This document shows, in pieces, positions 12,123 through 28,082 of a stretch of 64,000 nucleotides of DNA. Numbering within the stretch: position 1 is the stretch's first letter; every line of letters starts with the position of its first letter. The DNA comes from Octopus sinensis (taxonomy: Eukaryota). The notes under the pieces are model-generated. The model saw only the letters and a list, made by a program, of their open reading frames with translations. It made no database searches and was not told the origin of the DNA. Where the stretch lies: contig NC_043014.1 of the NCBI RefSeq assembly GCF_006345805.1, positions 36,270,001 through 36,334,000 of the forward strand, written 5' to 3'. The position numbers and the translations under genes were made by a program.

Positions 12123-13256
12123 ACCAGATCTACAATCGAAAAGTATGATCAAATTTGGATCCTGAACCGAAATTCATTCAATCTTTCTCCTTTTGTTTAA
12201 TATAAATCTTTTATACCGGTATTGAAATTTTTTCTTTAGAGTATGTGTTCTTGTATATTTCTGTGTTGACTTGCCACGCTCTATATTTTTCTACTGCAAG
12301 CTCCTCATCTCTGAAATTTGAACTAGTACCTATTGTATGTCAGTCAGACAAACTGAAGCATTCTCGTGAAGTATTCTTCTTATGTCAAATTGCTGGAACC
12401 AGTCGAATTCTGTTGCTTATCTTAAGATCATTCCTGATAACTTTGACCTATGATCGAAGATTTTCCCTCTGTAACCACCCTGTCTTTTACTTTAGACATC
12501 GTTTGAATTATATTAACTAGAGTTATTCATACTTTTTAAATGAAAAGATATAATTAGAGAGATTATGTTAGTGTTTTTGACTTTTTACTTTTATAGCTAA
12601 GTCTTCATAGTCGAATGAAACTTTCTTTTACTAGGACGATAGAATAGGCATCAGGGAGATTTAGCTGCTATTTAACGCATAGAATTTCCTTCGGGATGCA
12701 GACGAAACAAAGTAAAAAAATCGCAAAAGTATATGTTACTAGCTTAAGGTGACCCGCTCTACGCGTGGGTGAGGTTGTAGTTATTACTTTCTGTTGCTTC
12801 CTTTCTGTTTCTTATCACCACATTCTCCCTCTTTGTTTCTCTCTCACTTTCCTACTCTCTTACTCTTCCTTTCTCTCGGACTCTCCCTCGCTTTCTCTCA
12901 CTCTCCATCTTTATTTATCTATCCTTCTCCCATTTATAAAAAGAAAAGATCTTGAGGAAGTTGAGAAAGGAAATATTTTGAAAGATCAATCATAAATATC
13001 AAGCAGTGAAAACGGAAAGCACACTTGCCTTTCGTATGTGTCACTATTTGAGCGATTAAAATATGGAAAAAAAGGATTTCTTTGTTAAATTTAGTACTTA
13101 TTTTGGGAAGTTTTCGACGATTGATGATGCAAATGAAAGCTCAAAACTGTAAACAATAAAAAGTAAAGAGCAAAAATACGTAATAATGAGAGATTTTTTT
13201 CAACTTCAGAAATATTGCCTTAATTTTCAAACTTTGAACCCATTTCCACGCTTAAA

Positions 13257-15200
13257 TTACAAATCCGCTTCCACTTTACTATGTTGAAAATTTGATTGAA
13301 ATCGGGCCATTATTACATCATCTATCGTTATCGTTTCTGGCATTTTCTCAATAGTTTTCTTTGGCGCTTGAATGACCGTGTTTAAGGTTTGGCCTTCGCA
13401 ATGCCTACTTTCCGTCGTTGTGGCCTGGAGAACCGCTATCTCTTTCTCTTTTCCATGTAGGACTGGGGCTGCTATCCAGATCACGTCAACTTCTGGTGGG
13501 ATTCCCTCTACGCTAACTTTTAAAGCACGCCTTCTATGGTACATATATATAATAGTATCACTTCATCACTCTTTATAATGGTTGCCGCGTTGTCCCTTGT
13601 CTTTTCTGCCTCTTTAAATATCTCCTCTACATTTCCATACTTGCGCCCGGTAAGATACCTTATCTCTTGTCAGATTGGCCTTAGTGCCTTCTCTATTCTG
13701 TAAGTAGTCATTATGTCTATCTTCCCAGCAGCTACTGAATGCGTCTTGTATATAATTGTACATTCTTTCCTATTTTTAACCATTTCCTCTGAGGCGGTTC
13801 AATTCCACACTGAATCCTTCGTGACTCATCATTGTCATGTAATTTCTTCATTTTTCCAATTCGATTTGATATTCCTTACACTTTGCGATTCCTGCGAAGT
13901 TTTTGTTCTCTATTATACGTTCCTCGTTCAGTTTCTCTATTGTACTCCACGAAATCTCTGATGACGACGATTGCTCCGACTGTTCCGACGAGGACAGCTC
14001 TTAGTAGCTGATATCTTCCTCTTCTGACATCTTTTCTTTTTATTCAGTCTACCTTCCTCTATGAGGAGGGAAAGCACAAATAAACTGCCGCAAGACGGCA
14101 CAAACTTAAGTGTTCAAGGAACACTACAACAATTAAACAACAATATAACGCCAGAAAATAATAGAACTTTAGCTCACCAAATTTTTCTCTACTACTGACT
14201 GACCTTGTTTCTCTATTGCCTACAAGGGCATACAGAGAGGGGACGAACAAGGACAGACTAGACAGCACAAGTGGGACAAACAACATAAACGGATGAATGA
14301 AATGAAATTATATAAAAATGAAGATTTAATGGCTACTACTCGACCCCACTTCCGTGTTTACCATTTTAACTATATTTTACACTATTTTTTAATCCAACGT
14401 TTATCCGAATAATTATCTTAGCAAATTGAAAGCGGTTTCAGTTTTTCGAAATCCAACACAGGAGGCAGAGGATCGTGTCTTATTTCTACCCCTAATGGGT
14501 TTACTTCGTCCCCAGGTGTACCATTAAAAGTTTGCTTTTAATTTTTTATAGTTTTTCCTGTCAATTAAAATTCATCCCATACCTGGGTCTCTCATGTTTT
14601 CTTCTTCTATATCTCTAATTACTGCCGCCATCTTCCCTATTTTTTCTTCTATGGCTGCATTCATCCAGTAGTGTGTTATAAATGCTCTGTTTTTATAATT
14701 GTTTTGTGTTTCTTGTGTGTCTGCTTGTGTGCCTGCTCGTGCGGAATCACTTAGTGAATCTGTACCGTCACTACGTGAAGTGTTTGTGAGTGCTTGTGAA
14801 TAATTTATTGGTGTTACCGGTCTGTATATACGTGGTGGTGTAAATTTGTTGGGGATTCTGGACTGTCTGGTATATATTTTCGTGTGTTAGTCGCTGTGTG
14901 GGCGTTTGTGTGTCACTCAGTTACTTTGTCTTCTTTTTTTAGCGTTCTTAGAGGGTGGGGAATTCTTGATGTCTTTTCCTGTAGTGTTTCTTGGACTTCA
15001 TCTGTATTTACCTCCTCTGTATCTTCCTTCAGCTTCTCGTTGCAACTGCTTTCCTCCTGTCTCACCCTCATTTGTGTTTGGTTATCGAGAAGGGGGCAAT
15101 TTGCCTTAATATGGTCGACTTTTTCAATTTTATCAAGACATAATCTTTCCAGCCCTTTATTCACGTGGTCTAACGCCATAAACGGCACATTCCGTTTGGC
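13257..15200 (-). mobile_element. Rearranged LINE ORF1-like remnants in opposite orientation, copy A
   Basis: Minus-strand fragments KVSVEGIPPEVDV and a decayed knuckle (CLDKIEKVDHIKANCP), plus charged low-complexity stretches. Confidence 0.5.
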
Positions 15201-15219
15201 CTAAAAACAGGTATTAATG

Positions 15220-16990
15220 AGTTTCCTGCTCCATTTCTACCAGTCCAAAGCTTTTGACAAGGTTGAACATCGGTATCCGGTGCTGGTCCTCTGCTTTCGG
15301 GGTCGGCCTCGTCTTTAGAGGGTGGATCATTGCTTTATACAGTAACATTGACTCGATAGTTCGGGCGAACGGGTTCTTCTTGAAGCCTATCAACATCAAG
15401 CACTCTGTTCATCAAAGGTGTCCTCTCTCCCCACTTCTGTATGTATTGGCTCTAGAGTTCTTGCTGCGGAAGTTGGAGAGATTAAAGTGCATCCCACGAG
15501 ATCTAGGTGGCAGTGGGAAGGTTTCGGCGTATGCGAATGACATCACCATCATAGTGTCCGAAATGGTACACCTACAGAGGGCAGGCAACGCCATTAAAGG
15601 CTATGAGGCAGGAGCAAAAGTTAACTGGAATAAGTCAGTCGGCTTGCAACTCGGCACCTGGCAAGGCAAGACGATACCTCCCAACAACATCGTAGGGCGT
15701 TGGACGGAGGGGCTGGTTAAAATGTTAGGGGTTTAGTTTGGCCAGATCTCCAGATAAAGAATTGGAGCGAGGTGACGAGCAGGGTGATCCAGCTAACTCA
15801 GACCTGGTCTCAGTGGCGGCTCTCCCTGAAAGGAAGGGCAGAGGTCGCAGTTGTGTTTATCGGTTCCGTGATTAACTACCGCCTAACCGTCATGCCTTGC
15901 CCCCGTTCGTGGCTGATCAATTTAGAGGTCTGCTCTTCCGTTATTTTGTGGAGTAGAAGTCCTCTTGTAAAGCGCTCTGTCTGCTGCCAGTACCCGCTAA
16001 ATGGTGGGCAAGGGATGTCTTGGCTGTTGATGCGCAGACGTGCGCTGATGCTGAGGTATCTGTGTCTCTACCTGGATAGTGAACAGGTGTTGTCTCCGTT
16101 CGGTCGGTCGTTATATCCTAAGCTTACTAGTTTGGGTGAACTAGGACCTTGGGTCAAGTGTAGACGAAAGTTGAGTGCTTGGCAAGCGAAGTGTTGTGAG
16201 GCACTCAAGCTTCTCTGTCACGTGGGCAACGCCAGCGGAGGGGGTTCCACCTCGTATTTTTATAGAGGGTTAGTTGAGGTCCAGTGTGACGACGATGTGG
16301 GGGAAGACTCTAGGCTTCGATGATGGTCAACTAGCCTGTCTGTTCCGAAGGACATTTGGGCCAGGACCCTTGGATAACTTCCAAAGATTCCCCGCCTGGC
16401 AGTGTTACTGAGGAGCCTTACCAATTCGCGATAAACTAGCAAAGCATGGTGCACCTTGCGCACCCGCGCGCCCAAGATGCGAGCAGGACAGGGAAACTGT
16501 TCTGCACGCGATTGTACAATGACCCAAAATTTCCGAAAAGTGGGTTTACCTTGAACACACGCTGACGCGGCTGGGAAGAGTACAACTGTCTTTCGAGTCG
16601 ATTGTATAGATTGTTCCTGCCTCCTCTTTTAACAAAGAAGGCATCGCTCGTTTTCTCATTGTGGTCGCTATACCGAAAGAAGTAGTATGGAAGGCCCACG
16701 TGAAAAGAATCGTGAGAGGCATTTTCATCTCCAGCCTTGGACTGGTTAATTTCCTCATCTACCATCTTAAGAGAAAAATTAGGGTGGAGATAAAATGCCT
16801 GTCACCTGATTTATACGGAAAACGATGGAAGGCTGTAGCGAGTTTGTTGAGAATGAAGAATCCGCATAGTATATCCATAAGATTATACAAAAAGGTTACA
16901 ATGGTTGCATGGGTTTGCGGGGTCGACGCGAAACCCGTCCCCCATTTCATTGTATGGTTATTGTTTGGTATCATCCTATTTATATAAATT
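15220..16990 (+). mobile_element. Degenerate Tx1/L1-clade LINE ORF2 3' half (RT plus zinc finger), copy A
   Basis: QRCPLSPLLYVL, YANDITII (decayed YADD), GAKVNWNKS, LSLKGRAEV, CPRCEQDRETVLHA; several stops and frameshifts. Confidence 0.85.
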
Positions 16991-17895
16991 CTTAACGTAA
17001 ATTTTTAACTATTCATCTATTCTAAAATCATTCGTTTTATCCACTCCTCCCTCATTTGTATCGTCCCCTCTATGTTTGGCCCCTGTGGGCAATAAAGAAA
17101 TAGTCGTTCTTGTTCTTTGAGTTGCTGTTGGTGACTGCAGAGGAATGGTGGGACAGCGTAGGGCAGGGTGGGAGTAGGGTAGAAATTCACATTTTCGCCT
17201 TGATTTCTTCTTTTCCCTCTCTTCCGTTTCTTTGGTGCCGTATTCCATCCATGTTTCTCCTCTGCCACCTGATTATCTTCCTCCTTCTTCGGTTCCTTTT
17301 TGCTCACATATGACATCGCAAGCGGTGGAGGTGCGCTTTCTTTCGTTGGTCCTTTGCGGCAGGTGGAGTGTATCCTGTTTTATGTGCCTTTTTGGCCGCA
17401 TTTAAAGCAACAGTGAGTCATACCACTTTGCCACCATTTCTCTACTACTGTGTGTATAGTGTGCGCGTGTGTGTATGCATGCGTGTGTGCGTGTGCGTGC
17501 GTCCCTGCGTGGGTACGTGTGTACGTGCGTTCGTGCATGTGTATGTACGTATTTATAAAGAGAAAGTCCGCTTTTCCGTGCTGTACGGACCTTTTCACTA
17601 CAATTTCCGCCATAAGGAGGACTTTATGCAAACCATGTCATATAGAGTGCATTTAAAGGATGCAGCTTCTTATATCAACTTAATGTCTCTAGAATCTTAA
17701 AAAAGAAAATATATAAATTTGGTTAATCGTAATGATATACCTGTCAAGGATAAATATAATTGTCAATATAACCGTGAGTGGATGTACAAATTTACTGAAA
17801 GGTGTAATTTAACCAGAAATATTGTTTCATGAGACGTTAATGTACAAGAATATATAAAGGCGTTAAGGAAGATAACACAAAGAAAATTTGTTTAC

Positions 17896-18204
17896 CTGTT
17901 TTGCTGGTGAGCTGTAGAGTGCGTGATTCACTGTATACGGAACATGAGACGGAACATGAGTTACCAATGTCCCCCTCTCTTATAACGATTTTCTTAATTG
18001 ACACTGCTGGAGATAAACACTTTCCATGCGGTCGAACATCCACTTGACTCACATTTATCCAATTGTAGTGTTTTGTCTCATGACTCCATAAAAAGTCAGT
18101 AGCGCCAAAAGGTGCACCGATGTATGCTGAACATCTGAAGATCGCTAACTTGTTTACTTTAGCGGGCGGGTTAAGAAATTCAAGTTTCTTCATGTAAGAT
18201 CTCA
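17896..18204 (-). CDS. Two-Ig gene copy A, exon 3: second Ig-like domain (C2/I-like)
   Basis: Acceptor ttttcttttcag|TG, donor G|GTAAAC, 309 nt, phase 1-1. AIFRC...DFLW (Trp 15 aa after Cys) ...GDIGNSCSVSC. Confidence 0.85.
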
Positions 18205-18242
18205 CTGAAAAGAAAATAAAAAAAAAAAACGAAAAGGCGAAG

Positions 18243-18707
<465 letters not shown>

Positions 18708-19277
18708 GAATCGAAATATGCTTATCTTCGAACAAAGGGCCTCACAATAAAAGAATAGTTTCTCTAATGTAAACTACAATCTTCATACAAAACTAAAACA
18801 TTTGACAACACTCCAATTATTGTTAATGCTGGACTTTGGGAACTGTTGCTTGGAAGTGGTTAACTGTGTAAGCAGTGCTAAGGCTGTGTGGAGCCAAGTC
18901 ACTAGCAATAACTCCACAACAGATGAATGACACATTCATACACGTGTATATTTACTTACACATAAGCATGTATTTGTGTGCAATTATATATATTTGCGTG
19001 TGTGCGTGTATGTATGTGTGTGTGTGCGCATGTATGAATATGTGGACACATATATAGATACATATATATACACATACGCAAACATATTTACATACATTCA
19101 TGCCTGCATATACAGACATGCACTTAGCGGTTCGGCAAAAGAGACCCATAGAATAAGTACTGGGCTTACAAAAAATAAGTTCCGGGGTCGATTTGCTCGA
19201 CTAAAGGCGGTGCTCCAGCATGGCCGCTGTCAAATGACTGAAATAAGTAAAAGAGAGAAAAGAAAGAGAGGGACTTA

Positions 19278-19640
19278 AGGGCATGCTGGACGGTACCTAC
19301 ACCAGAATGTTACGTGCAGTGCCCTACATTTAATGGAGGGAGCACCCAACTAAACAAAGGTTATATGGGAATGTATCAACTTTCTCATCAATCATCTAAG
19401 AGCGGACATTGGGTTTTGCTGACCATTGCTGGAGAAGTAAAGAAGAACTTGTGAGTAACGAGTTGTTGTGGGCACCAAATCACGGTACCACAGCGACTGG
19501 AAGACCACGGAAGACATATATACAACAGCTTGCAGAAGATGTTGGATACCAAGTTGAAGGCCTAAAAACACTAATGGAAGATCGGGAGTGATGGAGAGAG
19601 GTAGTCAGGCTGGCCTGGGCAATTGACCTGACTGGATGAA
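19278..19640 (+). mobile_element. RTE/RTE-X 3' fragment in intron 2 (duplicate at ~48487-48845)
   Basis: LDGTYTRMLR...FADHCWRSKEELVS..LLWAPNHG...GRPRKTYIQQL. Confidence 0.75.
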
Positions 19641-19752
19641 ACTTGTGTTCGATAGTGCAATAGAAACACGCAATAGAAATAAAAATAAAGACAATGGAGT
19701 TGAATACGTGCAAAACAAGAAACGGAAGTAAAAATAGAACGAGTAAACTGAC

Positions 19753-20085
19753 CTCTTACAACTCTAGGTTTTGAAGATCCTTCATTTGTTGAACATTTGT
19801 AGTATGTCGCATCCTCACAAGAGGGATAACGTTTCGTGCAGGTAATCACACCTTTCTTATCTGCAGGGAATGTAGGTACAGTACAGTCAAAACCCTTTTT
19901 CTTGGTTACTACCTCAAAAATTGCTTTCTTACTTTGAAAATCGATTTGAACAATAACTTCACTGTGATTTCGCACGAGAAAAAACTGAATAAGATTTTTT
20001 ATAGCATACCGACATTTTATAGTTAAGAATGTTCTGTTTGCAAAATCAATATTGCTTGAAGGTAACACATCTGCAATCTCAATAA
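19753..20085 (-). CDS. Two-Ig gene copy A, exon 2: V-type Ig-like domain
   Basis: Acceptor ttttcttctatacag|TT, donor G|GTCAGT, 333 nt, phase 1-1. Reads ...FLTIKC (B strand) then 72 aa to EDATYYKC (D-x-A-x-Y-x-C F-strand motif). Three extra Cys, no canonical C-strand Trp, sequons NRT and NHS. Confidence 0.85.
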
Positions 20086-20150
20086 CTGTATAGAAGAAAA
20101 AAAACATAAATCAGAGATAGATGTTATAAAAAATATATAAATGTAACTAT

Positions 20151-20256
20151 AGAAGAAGAAGAAGAAGAAGAAGAAGAAGAAGAAGAAGAAGAAGAAGAAG
20201 AAGAAGAAGAAGAAGAAGAAGAAGAAGAAGAAGAAGAAGAAGAAGAAGAAGAAGAA
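20151..20256. repeat. (GAA)n tract upstream of the V exon acceptor; irregular in copy B (49356-49490)
   Basis: Read directly from the sequence. Confidence 0.95.
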
Positions 20257-20609
20257 TGACAGAAGTAGGAAAAAGAGAACCAATTAAAGTAACGGTTGTT
20301 GTGAATACGGATTACATCTATCCACAAATAAAACTTTGCAGATAGTTTTTGATATTTATTATTATACTGACATACCTGTGTCGCCAAAATGCCGACAGTT
20401 TAATTAATCATAGAAAATAGTTCATCAACACAATGGGAAAAACCTGTGATAGATGTCATCAATGTGGTAAATATATGCACATGCACACAATTTAAGCTCT
20501 TCAAGTATTAAATACGGTTCTAACGTCTCAGTTGAAAATATCTTGATACATAAGTATGTATTTACGGACGGACACACGGAGTTACACATACACACACACA
20601 CACATATAC

Positions 20610-21760
<1,151 letters not shown>

Positions 21761-21816
21761 GCATGTATATATACATGTATGTATGCATATATTTTTATGT
21801 ATTACATTATATATAT

Positions 21817-21947
<131 letters not shown>

Positions 21948-23239
21948 CATACATTCATACATACATTCATGTATATCATATATAGAAAGAGAGAGACAGG
22001 TTTATATATAGATATAATGGTTGATACATCTATACATTAGTATATATGCATGCATATCTATGCATTTATTTATCGAAATATTTCTGCCTCACTCACTCTC
22101 TTTCTCTCTCTCTCTCTCACTCTCTCTCTAGGAGTCACTGTAAGACGCTTAATTCCCAGCCGTATAGCTGTGAAGCAAGTGTCTTAAAATATTAGAATTA
22201 TTGTCATTTGCCTTTTCTGAACAGCCCTACAACATGATAGAATACTGCTCATAGAGACAAAATATAAAAAACTTTAAATATTTTTATCAAATAATCTTGT
22301 TGTTAAAATAATTTATTCAAAAATGGACTTTAAAAAGCCACACTACAAAAAGTTAAACAAAAAGATTCATTTTTTATAAAAAGTAATTTATACTAAAGAA
22401 AATAAATAGAACACTTTGTATTGATTTGTGTTGTCGTTTATCTTTTGTTGTGTGTGCAACTAAGAAATAGTTTAGTTCATACATGTCTAGTCCCTTTAAT
22501 ATCACGCAAAAATTGATACAAATTTGAGAATTAAAATTAATAACTTTTTTCTAATGGATAACATCTTACGAAACCTTTACCAATATATTCCTTTAACATT
22601 TCCTCTCATATTAATATCAATATAATAATTCTTGATCAAAATTAAAAGAATGGTGTGGATTCAAAATGCCGATGTCGGGCTTTATTACCCGCCAGTCAAC
22701 CAGTTTGGTCTATACACTTTTTCTCTTTTGTTCTACTGCACCAGATTTTAAGTATTTTATGTCTAAATGTAGCTTATCACTAGTCAAACATAATTTTAAA
22801 AGCTAAATTTGATTTGGATTAAAAGTGAATTAGTGAGACTACTTGGAAGACGCCAACTGCAACAAAAAGCTACGTTAAGAATATTATTCAACTACTACCG
22901 TAGTGTACACATTAGTTTTTATGTGTATATACAAGTTCGAAAGAACATATGATGATATATGCTACATTTTATAGGGTCTACAGGAAACATTCATATATGC
23001 AAAATTGTTCAAAATTATATATAATTATATATAATAATTGTTCTAATTTATTTATTCGTACTAATATAAACTTTTGTCTTAGTAAATAAGAAAGTAACAC
23101 AAATTTACTTGGTTTATCAGAGGAGAATAGCATCATTAATCAATGTTTATTATATATTGATTGAAATGGTTCTTTTTCTTAGTTTGATTTATAATAATAT
23201 ATTTGTATATTATTTAAGTAATATTAATACATTTTTTCG

Positions 23240-24110
23240 CTGGTCTCAATGGAGAAATTACCGATTCACTTATATTTAAAAGACTTTCCTATTCCACCTA
23301 GAAAAGATTTCATGAAGGATCTAATTAATAAGACTTTTGAATTCATTCATAGAATTCGTTGGGTGGCTTTTTACCAAGATAAGGATTTTATAAAAGAAAA
23401 TAAACCTCATAAAGAAGATACTGAACTTTTTAAAAAGAACTTTCAGACAAAGAAATTTCCACCACCAAACCTCAATTTGTTGGCTTTTGAAGACAATTTA
23501 TGGAATATTGTCAAGAATATTAAATTTGTTAAATATTCCCTCTGGGAAATTGAACGTTTAAAGAAACTAAATTCTCTACTATGTGATCTTAAAAGAAAAA
23601 AATGGAATTATGGAGCAATGAAACTTATATGATTAGGATCTATTAAAATATCATGAATAAATGAAGAAAGAGATTACTAGTCATTATAAAGTAGTAAGTA
23701 AAAAGTTTTAAGGTTCATTAACTTAGAAGCTAAGAAAATTATGAATGACAAGGACCTTGGTGATAGAACAGAGAGTTTTGTGTCTATGAGGCCTAAGAAA
23801 ACTTTAAAAGATCATAAGGAAAACAACTTTTTAAACTCTAAAGTGAGAATAATTTTCCCAGGCTGATCTGACCTGAGTACATTAAGTAAAGTTTTTCTTC
23901 ATATGTGTATACTTAAGAAAAACATATACGCAAAAATCTATTATTTTATTTGATAATAAGTCATGGGCTAGAGAAAGTAGCAATGATTTTTTGACATTAC
24001 CATGGGATCTGCGGTTTCTGATCTATACATTCTATTTTATTTTAGTAATAAATTTCCAGATAATAAAGGTGGACTGTATAGAGATGATGTGCTGTTTTTG
24101 AATAATAGTG
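23240..24110 (+). mobile_element. Penelope-like retroelement RT remnant, copy A
   Basis: LKDFPIPPRKDFMKDLINKTFEFIHRIRWVAF resembles the Penelope N-terminus; GLYRDD catalytic motif at 24071-24088. Confidence 0.75.
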
Positions 24111-24114
24111 ACAC

Positions 24115-24641
<527 letters not shown>

Positions 24642-26695
24642 ATGGATAGATAGATAGACATGTTTCTTTATTAGCCACACAGGGCTGCACACAGGGCTGC
24701 ACACAGACGGGACGGATTACAAAGTAGAGCTGTTCCTTATGGGGGGGGGGGAAGAAAAACAGTGGGGTAGGTTTTCGATGAAAAGGGATCGTAAAAGGGA
24801 AAGAAAGTAATGTCATGATGTAAAGTGTAAGGGGGAAAGTAAACAGGGTTTATCCGTGGAAAGAGAAGCCTTCGGAAAATACCCCGGTAACCTCGGTCAA
24901 TAATGTTAAATGTTAACATTTATAGATAGAGGAAAGGGTAGTACAAATGTCAAAACCATACACTTCAGCCTACAAACTTTTGCTAAAATACATTCAAATA
25001 TGCTTAAGTTAAATTCTTCATAATAAGGATGGATTTATGGTTTTGACATTTGTACTACCCCTTCCTCTATCTATAAATAAAAAATTCTTGTTTGTCTCCA
25101 TTGAACCAAGATAAGAAACCCCCTCCCCACTGATAGATCTAAATAGCAAAGTGAACTCAGTGATAAGAAATCTACCAATGGAGAAGGACATACTACCACC
25201 ACGTTCTTAATGATGAAATTAACCTCTCTGTCTATATATCTACCCTCTTTGTAATGTTGGCAAATGAAATAAGTATAAAAATGTACATTGTCCATTTAAT
25301 TAAAAATAACTTTTATATGTGGCTGAAGATTGCTCGACATTTAACAACTGACGTAATACTTACAATGTTTAATAAAATGAAGTAGCATGAAACAATTGTA
25401 CTTCACTACCTTGGATATCCTTGTTGCTTATTTTGATTATAATCACCCCATTTATATGGATTTATATGGATAATACCATACCAATATCTGGTGCCTTAAA
25501 ATTAAGTACCATATCATCTGGATCTAAATTTTGTTGAACTTTATATATACATACATATATGTATTTGTATATTTATTTATTAATTTATTTATATTACCTC
25601 AACATCCAAACTTCCTCATTCTACATTGAGAGAAAGACGGGATGGACGCTTCATTTTTGTGCTGGTGCCGCATTATGTCGTACGCGACTGAGAGGATTTG
25701 CATCCCCAACGTAGAATTTTTGATGTAATACATGTCCTTGAAGTAGTAATTGTGCGCGGCTGAAGAAGGCCATAGACACACATTATGCATTGTTATAAAT
25801 CCGTCTAATAAAGGCCCGAAACATATGTACCGCTGAATCCTTGGCATCATGATTTTATTTTGATTAATATATATATATAGTAGAAATATGTTATAAAAAG
25901 AAAATATAAAATACACGTAGAAATGTAAGGGTAAAATATGAAAAATCAACGAAAATGCACATTGCAAATAAAAAAAGGCTATTTATGACAGGTAACGACA
26001 AATATATACATTTAGATTGACTGAGGTAGTAATACGAGTCATAAAAGTCATTATTATGAGATTATAAGATGATAACAAAGTAAGAGAACGAAACGATCCA
26101 TGGTTTACGCAAAGCTATCCATCGTTTCAAAAACACCGGTTAATATCATATATATATATATCATATATATATAACAGAAGACGAAGACAGCAGGTGTATT
26201 ATTTTAACGCTCGGGATGAAAGCAAAATTTTTTATGTCTCGAGCCTATGCTTTTCGACAAAAAGGATTAAGAGGAAAAAAAACGGAGAGAGAATGAAGAA
26301 AACTGTGAAAGAATAAAGAAAATGGGTAAGAAAAGGAAGTGCAGAGAAAAATTGTCCAACATGGCGAGATGACCGGAAAATAGAGGTTGAATGAAAGTGA
26401 GATAATAATCATAACGATAACGGTAATATCCAAGGATCTTAGGTGCACAAGCGCATGTGTGTTTGGGAGGACAGTGTCTGTGAATGTGTTTATGTGAATG
26501 GATGCTAGTGTGTGAGTAAGTATGAGTGGGTTAGCTGAAAATTATGTTGACTTCTGTGTGTCAGTGTGTACATTATGTGAAGTGACATGCATTCCATGTA
26601 CTGGCTGGGGTGAGTGTGTGCGTACGGTTGTATCTAATTTTTGTGCTCCCAAGGGGCACGCTACTGATTATGTGAGAAATTTCAATAGTCTAAAG

Positions 26696-26884
26696 CAGTG
26701 CTTTTCAAACTTTTTGCTGGAGCGGAACCACAAGGAAACATTCCACTGGCTCGAGGAACCCCTGTGACATAATTTAATAGTCTTATGCACACATATCTGC
26801 ACAGGAGAATTAAAAATTACTGCCGATTTTAGCAGTTTTTTAACTTCTTGCGGAACCCCTGGAGAGTGCTGGCGGAACCCACTG
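26696..26884. mobile_element. hAT (Charlie-like) MITE, 189 bp (duplicate 55741-55929)
   Basis: Ends CAGTG...CACTG; 8-bp TSD GTCTAAAG on both sides. Confidence 0.8.
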
Positions 26885-27001
26885 GTCTAAAGCCATCCCT
26901 GGAACATAAGTAATGTACGTTCGCAGTTTGGAGGAAATCAGTTGAAAAATACTGTCTTTATAAACTTTTACAAACACAGACAGAACGGGATATATATGTA
27001 C

Positions 27002-27002
<1 letters not shown>

Positions 27003-27032
<30 letters not shown>

Positions 27033-27215
27033 TGTATGTATGTATGTATGTATGTATGTATGTATGTATGTATGCATGTATGTATGTATGTATGTATGCA
27101 TGTATGTATGTATGCATGTATGTATGTATGTATGTATGTATGTATGTATGTATGTATGTATGTATGTACGTCCGTATGTACGTACGTATGCATATATGTA
27201 TGTATATATGTATGT
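27003..27215. repeat. (TATG)n tract; similar tracts at 9320-9470, 33665-33768, 37920-38100, 56050-56280, 63220-63460
   Basis: Read directly; source of the many spurious YVCM/HTYI ORFs. Confidence 0.95.
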
Positions 27216-27658
27216 GTGTGTGTGTGTGTGTTTGTGTAAAATTAACCTAGTGTATGTGTTGTGTGGAGAAATGTGCGTTTTGTGTATTCCCCTGCGTGTG
27301 TGTGTGCATATGGACGTGTGTATATTTGTGAAGCTAACGTGTCTGTGTGCGCGTGTGTCTGTTGTGTTGCACGTGTAGCCGTTCATGTGAGCTGATTCAG
27401 GTGGTGTGTGCACGTGTGTATGTGTGTCTGTGTCTGTGTGTGTTTATCTGTAATCAAATAGCGTGCACATCTAGAGTGTATTTTTGTAGCGAATGTTATC
27501 CGTGTCAATGCGTGTTTATGCGTGTTGCGTGTGTATCTATATATTCTCTGTGTTCAGATATTATGTGTTTGTGTGGGTGTGAGAGTGTGCATGATGGTGT
27601 GTGGTGTGTATACTGAATTAAACAGTGTGTTGTGTTGTTCGTATTATGGTATTTGTGG

Positions 27659-27887
27659 CGAGCTGGCAGAAACGTTAACACGCCAGGCGAAATGTGTAGC
27701 CGTATTTCATCTGCCGTTACGTTCTGAGTTCAAATTCCGCCGAGGTCGACTTTGCCTTTCATCCTTTCGGGGTCGATAAATTAAGTACCAGTTTCGCACT
27801 GGGGGTTAATGTAATCGACTTAATACCTATGTCTGTGCTTGTTTGTCCTCTCTCTCTGTGTAGCCCCTTGAGGGCAGTAAAGAAATA
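27659..27887 (+). mobile_element. SINE family 1 in intron 1 (duplicate ~56709-56938)
   Basis: TSD GGTATTTGTGG on both sides. Confidence 0.85.
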
Positions 27888-28082
27888 GGTATTTGTGGTG
27901 ACGCTGTTGAAAAGTGTATGTCGGTGTGTAGATAATGTGTGTGTGTGTGTGTGTGTGTGTTTGTGTGTCTGTGTGTGCGTGTGTGTATACTGTGTCGTTC
28001 GAAGATGAAAGCATGTTATCTCAGAGAAGAAGATTCAGTTTTGTAACAGAAAAAAATATTATGTTTCTTAATATTAACTTAC

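Noticed and set aside
12180-12500. Possible extra exon in intron 3 (DEELAVEKYRAWQVNTEIY...)
   Set aside because: In-frame stops, no good acceptor, and scattered substitutions between copies; probably decayed TE.
25363-25387. Mini-exon MLLHFIKH with phase-1 GTAAGT donor as the first coding exon
   Set aside because: Too short and polar for a signal peptide; the 28128-28083 exon fits far better.
25599-25967. 122-aa minus-strand ORF identical in both copies (54639-55007)
   Set aside because: No recognisable domain, AT-rich N-terminus, no phase-compatible splice path into the Ig exons; identity is explained by recent duplication.
27003-27215. CRISPR-like or coding tandem arrays
   Set aside because: Simple tetranucleotide repeats without spacers in a eukaryotic context.
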